From positions 343,790,001-343,854,000 of the forward strand of contig OZ024742.1 of assembly GCA_964016885.1 (NCBI GenBank): a DNA stretch of 64,000 bases, written 5' to 3'. Below the pieces are notes generated by a model. It searched no databases, was not told where the DNA came from, and worked only from the letters and a program-made list of their open reading frames with translations. A program made the position numbers and the translations under genes. The stretch is from Eledone cirrhosa. Lineage: Eukaryota. Each line of letters opens with the position of its first letter. The first letter of the stretch is position 1. Shown here piece by piece: positions 13,907 to 26,560 of this stretch.

Positions 13907-15305
13907 GTGCGTGTGTTTTTATTGGAAGCATGACCCTCCTAAAATATAACAATATATAGTACGTGTGTTTTTATTGGAAGCATGACCCTCCTAAAATATA
14001 ACAATATATAGTACGTGTGATTTTATTGGAAGCATGACCCACCTAAAATATAACAATATATAGTACGTGTGTTTTTATTGGAAGCATGACCCTCCTAAAA
14101 TATAACAATATATAGTACGTGTGTTTTTATTGGAAGCATGACCCTCCTAAAATATAACAATATATAGTACGTGTGATTTTATTGGAAGCATGACCCACCT
14201 AAAATATAACAATATATAGTACGTGTGTTTTTATTGGAAGCATGACCCTCCTAAAATATAACAATATATAGTACGTGTGTTTTTATTGGAAGCATGACCC
14301 TCCTAAAATATAACAATATATAGTACGTGTGATTTTATTGGAAGCATGACCCACCTAAAATATAACAATATATAGTACGTGTGTTTTTATTGGAAGCATG
14401 ACCCTCCTAAAATATAACAATATATAGTACGTGTGTTTTTATTGGAAGCATGACCCTCCTAAAATATAACAATATATAGTACGTGTGATTTTATTGGAAG
14501 CATGACCCACCTAAAATATAACAATATATAGTACGTGTGTTTTTATTGGAAGCATGACCCTCCTAAAATATAACAATATATAGTACGTGTGTTTTTATTG
14601 GAAGCATGACCCTCCTAAAATATAACAATATATAGTACGTGTGATTTTATTGGAAGCATGACCCACCTAAAATATAACAATATATAGTACGTGTGTTTTT
14701 ATTGGAAGCATGACCCTCCTAAAATATAACAATATATAGTACGTGTGATTTTATTGGAAGCATGACCCTCCTAAAATATAACAATATATAGTACGTGTGT
14801 TTTTATTGGAAGCATGACCCACCTAAAATATAACAATATATAGTACGTGTGTTTTTATTGGAAGCATGACCCTCCTAAAATATAACAATATATAGTACGT
14901 GTGTTTTTATTGGAAGCATGACCCTCCTAAAATATAACAATATATAGTACGTGTGATTTTATTGGAAGCATGACCCACCTAAAATATAACAATATATAGT
15001 ACGTGTGTTTTTATTGGAAGCATGACCCTCCTAAAATATAACAATATATAGTACGTGTGATTTTATTGGAAGCATGACCCTCCTAAAATATAACAATATA
15101 TAGTACGTGTGTTTTTATTGGAAGCATGACCCTCCTAAAATATAACAATATATAGTACGTGTGATTTTATTGGAAGCATGACCCTCCTAAAATATAATAT
15201 ATAGTACGTGTGATTTTATTGGAAGCATGACCCTCCTAAAATATAACAATATATAGTACGTGTGTTTTTATTGGAAGCATGACCCTCCTAAAATATAACA
15301 ATATT
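13907..15305. repeat. 52-bp minisatellite, about 27 near-identical copies (GTACGTGTGTTTTTATTGGAAGCATGACCCTCCTAAAATATAACAATATATA)
   Basis: Direct tandem repeats; period measured from 13961 to 14013. Confidence 0.98.
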
Positions 15306-15350
15306 GAACCACGCATCACTCAAGGTAATTATCAAGGATTATTATAGCTG

Positions 15351-15716
15351 AGGATTGGCAGTATCAGTAGAGTATCGGATACCATGCTTCGTGGCAGAGA
15401 GTTACTGTCCTTTACGTTCTGAGTTCAAATCCCGTCGAGGTTAACTTTAACTTTCATCCTTACGGGGTTGATAAAATAAAGTACCAGTAATACACTGGGT
15501 AATTGCTGGCCTTGTGCCAAAAGTAGAAACAATTATTATAGCTATCTATTTGGGCGGTGGATTGGAAGTATCAGTAGAGAGTCGGACACCATGCCATTCT
15601 GATTTCAAATCCCGCCGAGATTAACATTGCCTTTCATTCTTACGGGGTCGATAAAATAAAGTACCAGTAATACACTGGCTAATTACTGGCCTTGTGCCAA
15701 AAGTAGAAACAATTAT
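15351..15716 (+). mobile_element. Two tandem SINE copies separated and flanked by ATTATTATAGCT
   Basis: Same SINE head and core as above; the 12-mer occurs three times, like a target-site duplication. Confidence 0.85.
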
Positions 15717-16150
15717 TATAGCTATCTGCACCGTGGCGACTATATTTTCAAAGTTTTAAGGAGGTTAATTGTTAAAGTAAATTTTTAATTAAATGATTAC
15801 GAGGAAGATTACAGGATTTTTAGGGTATTTGAACTAACGTGTTGATTAAATTGAGAATGTTGTTTTGCGTTAATGAGTAGTGCTGGGGAGCTTTTAAGTT
15901 TAGTAAAGGAATTTATCAGATTTCAGTTGAATGTCGTTAAATATCTGAATGGTGTTGTAAGAATGTGATGTCACTGGTGCCAAGCTGTATCAGTATTTAC
16001 CTTTCCCTTGGTCAACATCAGTGGTATGAAGAGGGGTGACTGGTATGTATGAGCAACTGCTGGTCTTTCACAAACATCCTTGCCTGGACTTGTACTTCAG
16101 AAAGGAAATTTCTAGGTGCAAATCCCATGGTTGTTGGTGACCGAAGGGCT

Positions 16151-16229
<79 letters not shown>

Positions 16230-16232
<3 letters not shown>

Positions 16233-16840
16233 TGGTACCTTCACTTACGGGTGTCCCAACTAACGAGTTTTTCGAGATACAAGCTGTATCTCGGGCGATT
16301 TTTTGCTTTGATTTGAGAGCTAAAATTCGGGTTACGAGCCAGCTTCAGATACCCTTCCGCTAGTTGGCATATCGACGGCCATAGTGAACGCCGTAACATC
16401 CGCCCAGCATCCCATAGGTCCGAACAAAATGAGCGCGAAGGACAGTGCTGAGAAGAAGAAACGGATGATGTGTATTAAATTAAAGAAAAACATTATCGAA
16501 AAACGACCACGGTATGCGTGCAGCCGACTTGGCGAAGCAGTACGAGCGTAGCACTTTTACGATCTGCACCATACTGAAGCAGAAGGAGTGGATAAAGGAT
16601 ATAACACCAGCCAAGGGAGTTTAAATAATTTCTAAACAGCAGACATCTATCCATGAAAATATGGAAAATCTGCTGATAGTGTGGTTGACGGAGAAGCATC
16701 TCGCAAGAGATACCTTGACGGAGACTATAATCTCCGTGAAGGCACGAGCTATTTATGCTGATTTGCTGCAGCAGACCCCAGAGTAATTTGAGTTACGAGC
16801 TCCGTCACGGAACTAATGAAACTCGTAAGCCAAGGTACCA

Positions 16841-16843
<3 letters not shown>
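16230..16843 (+). mobile_element. Tigger/pogo-like internally deleted DNA transposon
   Basis: TIRs CAGTGGTACCT...AGGTACCACTG with TA flanks. Frameshifted CENP-B-type HTH (KKRMM.I.LKKNIIEK...DLAKQYERSTFTICTILKQKE...MENLLIVWLTEK). Confidence 0.9.
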
Positions 16844-16892
<49 letters not shown>

Positions 16893-16906
16893 TGGTACCT
16901 GTATAT

Positions 16907-17394
16907 ATATATATCATAAAACATGTCTATAGAATCACCAGATAAAATATATACCATTTCCTCTCCCAATTAGCATAATTAACCATATAAAAAATCGAAT
17001 AGACCAGGCTATAAGAATAAGGCTTCTATGAAGAAATCTCCAACAAATAACCGAAACTAGCCCTTCGCGTCGGCTGCGCCGGAATATTTGTCGAATATTT
17101 CGACAGCGTAATCGCCCAGTAAATGTATTCTCTTTTCTCCTAGTTTATTTTACACCTAATTCTGTTTAATTGACTGTATATCTGGGCGATTACGCTGTCG
17201 AAATATTCGATAAATATTCCGTCGTAGCCGACGCGAAGGGCTAGTTTCGGTTATTTGTTGGAGATTTCTTCATAGAAGCCTTATTCTTATAGCCTGGTCT
17301 ATTCGATTTTTTTATATGGTTAATTATGCTAATTGGGAGAGGAAATGGTATATATTTTATCTGGTGATTCTATAGACATGTTTTATGATATATA
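16907..17394. repeat. Long near-perfect inverted repeat (arms about 210 bp, spacer about 60 bp) next to (TA)n
   Basis: 16907-17119 is the reverse complement of 17182-17394 with only a few mismatches. Confidence 0.92.
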
Positions 17395-17491
17395 GCTCTG
17401 ATTATTTTAGTTATTAACTTTTCATTGAGCCACAAAGTGACCCGTTGCAAAACACGTATATGTATATATGTATATATATATATATGTAAAC

Positions 17492-17541
<50 letters not shown>

Positions 17542-18180
17542 CTTGCTCTACGTCGGTTACGACGATGAGTGTTCCAGTTGATACGACTAACGGATCTGAC
17601 TTCTCGTGAAACGTAGGTGTCAGGGGGATTCAGCATGACAGAATCTGACAAGGCTGCCCTTTCGAATTACAGATACATTTACCCAGGTGGACTGGAGCAA
17701 CGTGAAATAAAGTGTCTTGCTGAAGGACACAACGTGCTGCCGGTAATGGAACTCACGACCTCACATAGCCATCTGCCTTCACACACACGACTGCTTTCGA
17801 ATATTAATAACTGTTTCTACTTTGGGCACAAGGCCAGAAAATACCCAGTACATTACTGGTACTTTATTTTACCGACCTCCGTAAGGATGAAATGCAAAGT
17901 TAACCTCAACGGGATTTGAACTTAGACCGTAAAGAGACGTAACTATGCTAGAAAGCATGGCGTCCAACCCTCTACCGATATCGATTCGTTTGCAATTATG
18001 CAAACAACCTCTTTTATAAGCCATGTCAGTAGAATGAGCACCTCATTCTCGCCCTTGTGTTGGCATGTAAACAGAACTGCAGGCTCTTCGCATAGTTACA
18101 AATGAATCGAATATTATTATTAATATTCGAAAAACTCAGATTACATTTATTGTATTCAGCCACGCAGAGCGATAACTAGT

Positions 18181-18257
<77 letters not shown>

Positions 18258-18420
18258 ATTTCTCCCGAATGAAACAGTTTTAGTCCTGTAGAAGCCATTT
18301 CTATATTAAATATATGTATATATATATATATGTGTGTGTAATTCAAGATTTAAAATGACCAACACAGAGGACAATAATAGTCTTATTAGTTTCACAATTA
18401 TGGGAAAAATAAAAGGAATA

Positions 18421-19293
18421 CGAGGTGTGTCAGAAAAGTTCCAGGACTGATGTCACAAAAGATTTATTTCAAACCCAAACTTCACATTGAGAGTTTTCTC
18501 CTTCAAAGTAATCCCCATGGAGTCTAATGCACTTTTCCATCCTTTTCTGCCACGCCTGCATGCACTCCTGGAAGGATTCTTCCGGGGTCCTCCGCAGTTC
18601 CGTCGTCACGGCCTTTTTGATATCGTCCACGTCTTCAAAACGGGTCCCCTCCGGGTCGTACTCGAAGATCTATGACTCATCACCGGTGATGACTGTCCCT
18701 AGCAAGTCTGGTTCGGTTTCAAGACGCTCGAGGATGTCCTGGCACACTTGCATGCGTCGACCCTTCTGGTCATCGTTCAGCAGTTTTGGCACCATCTTCG
18801 CGCAGACTTTCCGCATGTCCAAATCTTCAGTGAGAATCTTCCAGACGCTGTCCCGATTCATGCCCAGCTCATTTACCATCAGTCGAACAGTCAGCCGACG
18901 ATCGCTACGCACCATCTGCCTGATGAGCTCAACGTTGACCTCAGTCCTGGTTGTTGAGGGCCTTCCGCTCCTGGGGTCATCTTCCACGTCCCCGCGTCCT
19001 TCTTTAAACCTCTTGCACCACTCAAAAACACGTGAGCGTGAAATCGTCTTATCTCCATACACTTGCTGCAGCAACCCCAGTGCTTCTGACGGAGTTTTCA
19101 AGTTTGTTCGTTACTCTGTGCTCATTTCTCGACGACCTGAAACAGAGGACATGGATATAAAATTATGAAGAAAAAAGTTTGATCGCTTCAGAGAGCTAAG
19201 ATTACAGTTGCATACTCCAAGGGGATTACTTTGAAGGAGAAAACTCTCAGTGTGAAGTTTGGGTTTGAAATAAATCTTTTCTGACACACCTCG
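18421..19293 (-). mobile_element. Mariner (Tc1/mariner) element, internally deleted
   Basis: TA-flanked TIRs CGAGGTGTGTCAGAAAAG with extended sub-terminal IR. ORF 18670-19101 has the mariner HTH (SRSRVFEWCKRFKEGR..VEDDPRSGRPST), the MVPKLL linker and the first catalytic D (ITGDES); the rest of the catalytic domain is missing. Confidence 0.95.
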
Positions 19294-19575
19294 TATATAT
19301 GTTTGTATCTCTTTTTATCTCTCTCCCCCTTTTTTCTCTCTACACCACTCTCTCTCTCTGTCATATGTATATATACGTATATACGGCGCGCTGTTTCCTT
19401 GAGCAAGACACTTTATTTCACGGTGCTCCAGTCCACTTAGGTAAGTGTGTCTGTAATTTGAAAGGCCAGCCTTGTCACATTCTGTGTCATATATACATGT
19501 ATGCATACATGTATATATGTATACATATGTATATATATATATGTATATATGCATATAAATAAAAGTATATATACA

Positions 19576-19620
<45 letters not shown>

Positions 19621-20229
19621 GTGTAAGAAACTGTATAAAGAATGACTTCAAAATAGAGCATTCATGCAGAATTGCCATTATTTGCATTCAACAATGGCCG
19701 TGGATTGGCAGAATCGGTAGAGCGTCGGACGCCTTGCTTCGTGGCTTAGAGTTATGGCCATTTACGTTCTGAGTTCAAATCCCGCCGAGCTTATCTTTGC
19801 CTTTCATCCTAACGGAGTCGATAAAATAAAGTACCAGTCACGCACTGGGGACTATTTAATCGACTTTCCCCTCCCCTGAAAATTGCTGAACTTGTGCCCG
19901 AATCAGAAATCATTATTTGTACGGTCTGAGTTCAAATCACGCCGAGGTTCACTTTGCCTTTCATCCTTACGGGGTCGATAAAATAAAGTACCAGTGATAT
20001 ACTGGAATAATTGCTGGCCTTGTGCCAAAAGTAGAAACAATTATTTGTATTCAACAATTTAGGTACTAACGTAGTGGATAATTTCCCAGGTAACGCCGGA
20101 CAACCCTCTAGTATATTCTAGCATTAATCCACAACAGTTAATCACTTGTCCACAGAAAAAGTTGCACTTTGTTCGTCTTGTCATATGACATACACAGCAG
20201 CTAGAGTGACAGGTCGAGATTGGTGAGAC

Positions 20230-20720
20230 AGACCAAGGAGTCATTTGTAGTATTATAGATTACCTCCAGACCACCGGGAAAACATCGGCGAGTCAATCCC
20301 GAACAACATGTAGTACTGTCTGGTCAAGGTCCCCACAGTCACATGCTGGGCTGTCTTTCATTTGCCATCGAGGGAGATGATGGTCTGTCCTGGCATGTGT
20401 TGTGTGGATACCATTAAAGAACACCTATTGCTTTCTGAGAAGGTCAAAGCCGACTGGTTTAGATGTGGGTCCTAGATGAGATCTTGGTTGGCAAATTTGG
20501 ACCCATTTCATGATCTTCAGATTGTCCTGAAGGCTCTTCATTTATTCTCAGAATGGTTTTGCGTGATTTCAAGTGCATGTTGGTAAGGTTTTCCAGGTCT
20601 TCGTGGATGTGGAGGTCAAACTTGGACTTGGTAAGAAGTGCTGCTTCACGGATCATCCCCTCACGTGATCCACCCTGTATGGAATTAATTCCAACTAATG
20701 CCATTGCTTGATATATGCAC
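20230..20720 (-). mobile_element. Degenerate LINE 3' end (RTEX/I-like)
   Basis: Frameshifted WQMKDSPACDCGDLDQTVLHVV...RCFPGGLE C-terminal zinc-knuckle region. Confidence 0.6.
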
Positions 20721-21815
20721 ATTATTTTAAAATTGTTTTTCTAAGTGGTAAAGACACGTTGACTATAGTGACTAGGATGGTGAAGTCATGCTCATAAGAT
20801 CATGTCTTCGATACTTGAACAGAACGGTGCATTGTGTTCTTGAACACAACACTTTATTTCTCGTTACTTCTCTTGCCATGAGTTGCGAACGGCAGATAAC
20901 ATCAACAATAGAAAGACAAAAGAAAACATTGTGATATTGTTTGATTATATTGGGTGACTGTTTGCGTGATGGAACACTCACGTAGCAATTGTCACCATTG
21001 AAATATGTATTACGACTTTACTGAGAAAGGATTTTCACCGAACATTGCATTTTCCTTATTCTACTGACTGATAAATCATATTTGCAAGACAATTACAAGA
21101 CGTTGAATGCTTAAATCGAATTGCATCATTATACACTGATTGGTTGTTGAAAACCAAAATGAAAGATTCCCCAGTCACTTGATAAAACGGCAACGTGAAA
21201 CCTGAGTAGTGACTTACATGTAGCTTTGAAAAAAATCAAACAATCACACACACACATACGTACATATATATATATATAATGACTAGGGGATGGACATCGG
21301 CAATGAAAACATCATATCGGTCCTTTAGATTAAATTAACTGGGAAATATAACCTTATTACATAAGATGCTGTCTAATGATATCATGGTTGCGTGATGGAA
21401 CCATCATGTAGCCATGATCGCTATTGATGAATGTATCACAACTTTATTGTGAAAGGATTTATAAAAATCTTAACCGAACATTGCATTTTCATTCTCTTAT
21501 TGACTGACAAATCATATTTGGAAGAACATACATGACGTTGAGTGCTTAAATTGACTGATGTGTTGCATACGTAACCCCGATTATTCAACATGTTTACCAT
21601 AAGTTTACCCATTAGTCAACATGTTTACCCATAACGTAGTTCTCAGGGAGATTCAGAATGTGACAAGGCTGGTCATTCGAACAACAGGTACAACTCATTC
21701 TCCCTAGCTGAGTGGACTGGAGCAACGTAAAATAAAGTGTCTTGCTACCGGGAATCGAACTCATGACCTTATGATTGTGAACCGAATACCCTAACCACTA
21801 ACACATACACCTTCA

Positions 21816-21870
<55 letters not shown>

Positions 21871-22389
21871 TACACACACATATATATATATATGCGAGTG
21901 TGCAGAGTAATAAAACGAACTTCATAGCAATAATAAATGAATATTTAAACTCTTCTTCGGTATTGAGTCTCTTTTCTTTTTTCTCTCGTCTGTAAACTAC
22001 ATGTGGACACACACACACACACACATACACACACACACACACACACACATATACATTTATATATAAATCATCGTTGTATTGGCAGTATCGGTAGCGGGTC
22101 GGACGCCATGCTTTGACGCATAGAGTTACGGCCCTTGCCATTCTGAGTTCAAATCCCACCGAGGTTAACTTTGCCTTTCATCCTTACGGAGTCGATAAAA
22201 TAAATTACCAGTAATGCACTGGGGTAATTGCTGGCCTTGTGCCAAAAGTAGAAACAATTATTATTATATATATATACTTAAATACATACGTGTCTGTGTG
22301 TGTAACGAGAGAGAGAGAGAGAGAGAGAGAATATTAAAAAAAAAATTTTAATGAAAACATAATAAACAAAATAAATGACTCAAAAATGT

Positions 22390-22395
22390 TTTATT
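22390..22395 (-). terminator. Putative polyadenylation signal (AATAAA) of the SCP precursor gene
   Basis: AATAAA about 190 nt after the stop codon, followed by a U/GU-rich tract on the minus strand. Confidence 0.6.
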
Positions 22396-22585
22396 TTTAA
22401 TATTTTAATGCTCGTGAAACCTTACAAGAAGGCAATTTATAACTAACTGCTGTAATGACCAACATTTAGGGATGACTTCACGAGAAGACATTCTCAAACT
22501 CGTATTTCTCTTATATATTAGTCCACACAATTTTAATCATTTCACCTTCTTCCAATTCCAGTGTTCTGTGAAGAACGAAGTGTTC

Positions 22586-22596
22586 TCAGTAAGCTT
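22586..22596 (-). CDS. SCP: SCP-related precursor, terminal coding exon ((E)AY-stop)
   Basis: Acceptor ttttaccatttcag|AA GCT TAC TGA completes the phase-1 codon G+AA. It gives the C-terminus CVAEAY*, which fits molluscan SCP precursors ending shortly after the sixth Cys. Confidence 0.8.
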
Positions 22597-23660
22597 CTGA
22601 AATGGTAAAATAACGGGGAGTGAATTAGACAAACGTTTAGTCATTTGGATTATACAAAGTGACCACAAAAAAAAAACTCTGAGCTTGATTTTCGCATTAA
22701 TCTTTGCCGAGCAACACAAGAAGCACACACCGAGTGTCTATGATATCAACCTATACCACATGAAACTTTGTAGTTTATGCAACTGTAGCCGCCAATAGTG
22801 TAAGAATATTTAAGTTTTCATATTATAAGTATTTGAAATCAAGGAGTGTTTTGTGATCACCTTGTATAACGTTTGCAATAAAAAATAAATGAAAAAGAAA
22901 TAGAACAAAGTTTATATTGCGAAAGTAAGAGAAGTGGGGTTAGGAAGCGGCAGATTCTACATCCCAGACAAGCTGATGTATCTCAACAACGTCTCGCACA
23001 CAAAATGGTGAAGGCTTTCCATGGAGAATAGCCAGCGGCACTTGCTGTATCAGCTGTTCACACAGTCTTAATCGTTTCCTTTTCTTCAATGTCCACGAAG
23101 GTTAATGTCTCCCCGAAATATTAAAATAATTGTTTCTACTTTTGGCACAAGGCCAGCAATTATCCCACTGGTACTTTATTTTATCGACCCCGTAAGGATG
23201 AAAGGCAAAGTTAACCTCGGCGGGATTTGAACTCAGACCATAAATGGCTGTAACGAAATGTTAAAATAATATAGATATGATATTCCTATAATATTGGAAC
23301 TAAGAAGAGATCATCAACATTGTCCCTCGACCTGGTAGGCATAGCAGCCAATGTTTCTAAGATCATACTCTGCACTAGGATTGATCAGGGACCAGGAATT
23401 ACATGAGGTTAATCAAAACTACATACTCCAAGATGGATGAGGTTGATAGTTTTAATGCCTTTTGATCATGAAGATAAACACTTTGACGGTTATTGACATT
23501 TTTTTCTCCAAATTATGGGTTTGAACTTTTATTGAACATTAAATCATAAAATGTTTAAATGTCTACAGCAAAATTGAAAGATTAAAGAAGAAAAAGTAAA
23601 CAATGGAAGAAGAAGAAGGGGAGAAGAAGAAGAAGAAGAAGAAGAAGAAGAAGAATTTAC

Positions 23661-23844
23661 CTGCAACACAAACAGAGTAGATCGTTCTTTGTCCTGATTT
23701 CTGTAAAACCTTCCTCAGACCAGGGCAACATTCCATTCCTATGGGACAGATACCAACATATTTCGTAGGTGGCATTCCGCAGCAGGTGTAATCAGGCTGA
23801 TGATCTGATCGACCTTGGCGAGGCAATGCCAGGTATACATCACT
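23661..23844 (-). CDS. SCP: Small cardioactive peptide (SCP)-related neuropeptide precursor, peptide plus Cys-rich domain exon
   Basis: 184-nt exon, tttttag|AGT...GCAG|gtaaat. Encodes SDVYLALPRQ-G-R (YLAxPRx-amide SCP motif, amide-donor G, basic cleavage site) followed by the six-Cys CC-C-CC-C domain of molluscan SCP precursors. Confidence 0.95.
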
Positions 23845-23974
23845 CTAAAAAAAATATATATATCTATGTATATATATATACATATACAAACATTTACATC
23901 ACTCTAAATAAAAAAAAAATATATATGTATATATACATATATAAACATTAGCAGTCACAGTAATATTACTAAAG

Positions 23975-25127
23975 GTTGGTAAATTGGCAGAATCGGTAGA
24001 GCATCGGACAACATGCTTTGCGGTATAGGGTTACAGCCCTTTACGTTCTGAGTTCTAATCCCGCCGAGGTTAGCTTCGCCTATCATTTTTAAGGGGTCAA
24101 TAAAATAAATCACCAGTGATGAACTGGGTCAATTTGGTCGACTTGCAGCCCCTTCCACTTCAAAACAGTGTTGGCCTTGTGCCTAAATCAGAAACCAATA
24201 ATATCATGAAAGGTGGTGACTTGTGCCAGAGTTGTTAGAACGTCGGATACAATGCTTTGCGGCATTTCTTCTGGTTGTCTGCGCTCTGAGTTCAAATCCC
24301 GCAGAGGGCAACTTTGCTTTTCACAATTTCGATGTCGACAAAAAAGTACCAATTCAGTATTCGGGTCGGTTCTTTCCCCCCTACATCTCCAGAGAAGGAT
24401 GGCGAGAGAGAAAGAGGAAGAATCTACCCAGTACTGCTGCTACTTTTTCTATCGACCTCGAATGGATGAAAGGCAAAGTTGACGTCTGCTGGATTTGAAC
24501 TGAGAGAGCAGAGAGCCAGAACAAATACCACAAACTATTTTATCCGATATCCTAACCACTCTACCATTTGGCCTCCTTCTCCAAAGTTACTCAGACATTT
24601 AATACTGTATGTCATTTGTAAATGTATGTTGAAGATTTATGTAATTAATATCATCCTTATCTTTAAAGGGGCAGGTGGGTTGACAGTATCGGTAGGGCGT
24701 CGGACAACATGCTTTGTAGCATAGAGTTACGGCCCTTTATGATCTGAGTGCAAATCCCGCCGAGGTTAACTTTGCCTTTCATCCTTATGGGGGTCGATAA
24801 AATAAAGTACCAGTCACGCGCTGGAGTCGATTTAATCGTCATACCCTTCCCCCAAAATTACTGGCCCTATATAAGTAACCATTCTTATCTTTAATCACTC
24901 CCACGTGTCATTAATCAACATAAACTATCGAGTTTCTCTTATGGAAGCTATACATTTATTCTAATGCAAATTTTCCAGTTTGTATGATTGCTTATATATG
25001 CAATAATTGTTTCTACTTTTGGCACAAGGCCAGCAATTATCCCAGTGTATTACTGGTACTATATTTTATCGGCCCCGTAAGGATGAAATGCAAAGTTAAC
25101 CTCGGCAGGATTTGAACTCAGACCTTA
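23975..25127. mobile_element. Cluster of about five SINE copies in both orientations, inside the SCP intron
   Basis: SINE head and core motifs at about 23975 (+), 24210 (+), 24425 (-), 24668 (+) and 25003 (-). Confidence 0.85.
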
Positions 25128-25174
25128 ATTCTGGTATATATGGCATAGCAGTTCTGGACTCCCAAAATTAAATA

Positions 25175-25802
25175 CAGTGGTACCTTGACTTGCGAGTTTT
25201 ATTAATTCCGTGACGGAGCTCGTAACTCAAATTACTCTATGTCGAAGTACCTGGGGTCTGCTGCAGCAAATCAGCATAAATAGCTCGTGCCTTCACGGAG
25301 ATTATAGTCTCCGTCAAGGTATCTCTTGCGAGATGCTTCTCCGTCAACCACACTATCAGCAGATTTTCCATATTTTCATGGATAGATGTCTGCTGTTTAG
25401 AAATTATTTAAACTCCCTTGGCTGGTGTTATATCCTTTATCCACTCCTTCTGCTTCAGTATGGTGCAGATCGTAAAAGTGCTACGCTCGTACTGCTTCGC
25501 CAAGTCGGCTGCACGCATACCGTGGTCGTTTTTCGATAATGTTTTTCTTTAATTTAATACACATCATCCGTTTCTTCTTCTCAGCACTGTCCTTCGCGCT
25601 CATTTTGTTCGGACCTATGGGATGCTGGGCGGATGTTACGACGTTCACTATGGCCGTCGCTATGCCAACTAGCGGAAGGGTATCTGAAGCTGGCTCGTAA
25701 CCCGAATTTTAGCTCTCAAATCAAAGCAAAAAATCGCCCGAGATACAGCTTGTATCTCGAAAAACTCGTTAGTTGGGACACTCGTAAGTAAAGGTACCAC
25801 TG
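25175..25802 (-). mobile_element. Tigger/pogo-like element, inverted near-identical copy of 16230-16843
   Basis: Same TIRs and TA flanks; the ORF-track peptides 16493-16699 (-) and 25210-25539 (+) are identical over their overlap. Confidence 0.9.
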
Positions 25803-26062
25803 TACATTCAACACTACTACGGTCAATAATGATGGTACTAATCCTCTAGTACACTAATATGTATTACAAAGAAATAAACGAAAATTTAAGATAACATGTT
25901 TGTTAATTGATTCTTAGATTATGTAAATATTTCTATCTCAACATACAAGGTCTCCAGTCAAGTCAATTGTTACTAATTACAACTCTTAAAGTATACTCAC
26001 AAACACACACAAACACACACACACACATACACACATATATATACACACACACACACATATAT

Positions 26063-26094
<32 letters not shown>

Positions 26095-26251
26095 TCACGT
26101 ACACACACACACACACACTCACACACATATACGCACACACACACGCGCACACACACCCACACTCACACACACTCACACACACAAACACACTCACACACAT
26201 ATACGCACACACACATGCGCGCACACACACCCACACTCACACATATACACA

Positions 26252-26298
<47 letters not shown>

Positions 26299-26414
26299 TC
26301 ACATATATACATACACACACGCACACACACATAGACACACACACGCGCGCGCACACATACACACACATATATATCTATATATATCATACACATATATATA
26401 TATGTATATATTTA

Positions 26415-26514
26415 CAGAGTGTCCCCAAAATATGTATAAACACTGATTACCTGTACAGGCAATATTTATCAGAATGGTGTTGAGGTGTGTATACGGTTTT
26501 TTGGGGACATCCTG
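26415..26514. mobile_element. 100-bp Tc1/mariner-type MITE
   Basis: TA-CAGAGTGTCCCCAAAA ... TTTTGGGGACATCCTG-TA imperfect TIRs. Confidence 0.7.
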
Positions 26515-26518
26515 TATG

Positions 26519-26560
<42 letters not shown>

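Noticed and set aside
13907-15305. CRISPR array
   Set aside because: Pure tandem 52-mers without spacers.
23563-23826. Single-exon 87-aa ORF or venom-like Cys-rich peptide
   Set aside because: The ORF starts at a TTG inside an exon and reads through a splice donor into (TTC)n; it is an internal exon of the SCP precursor.
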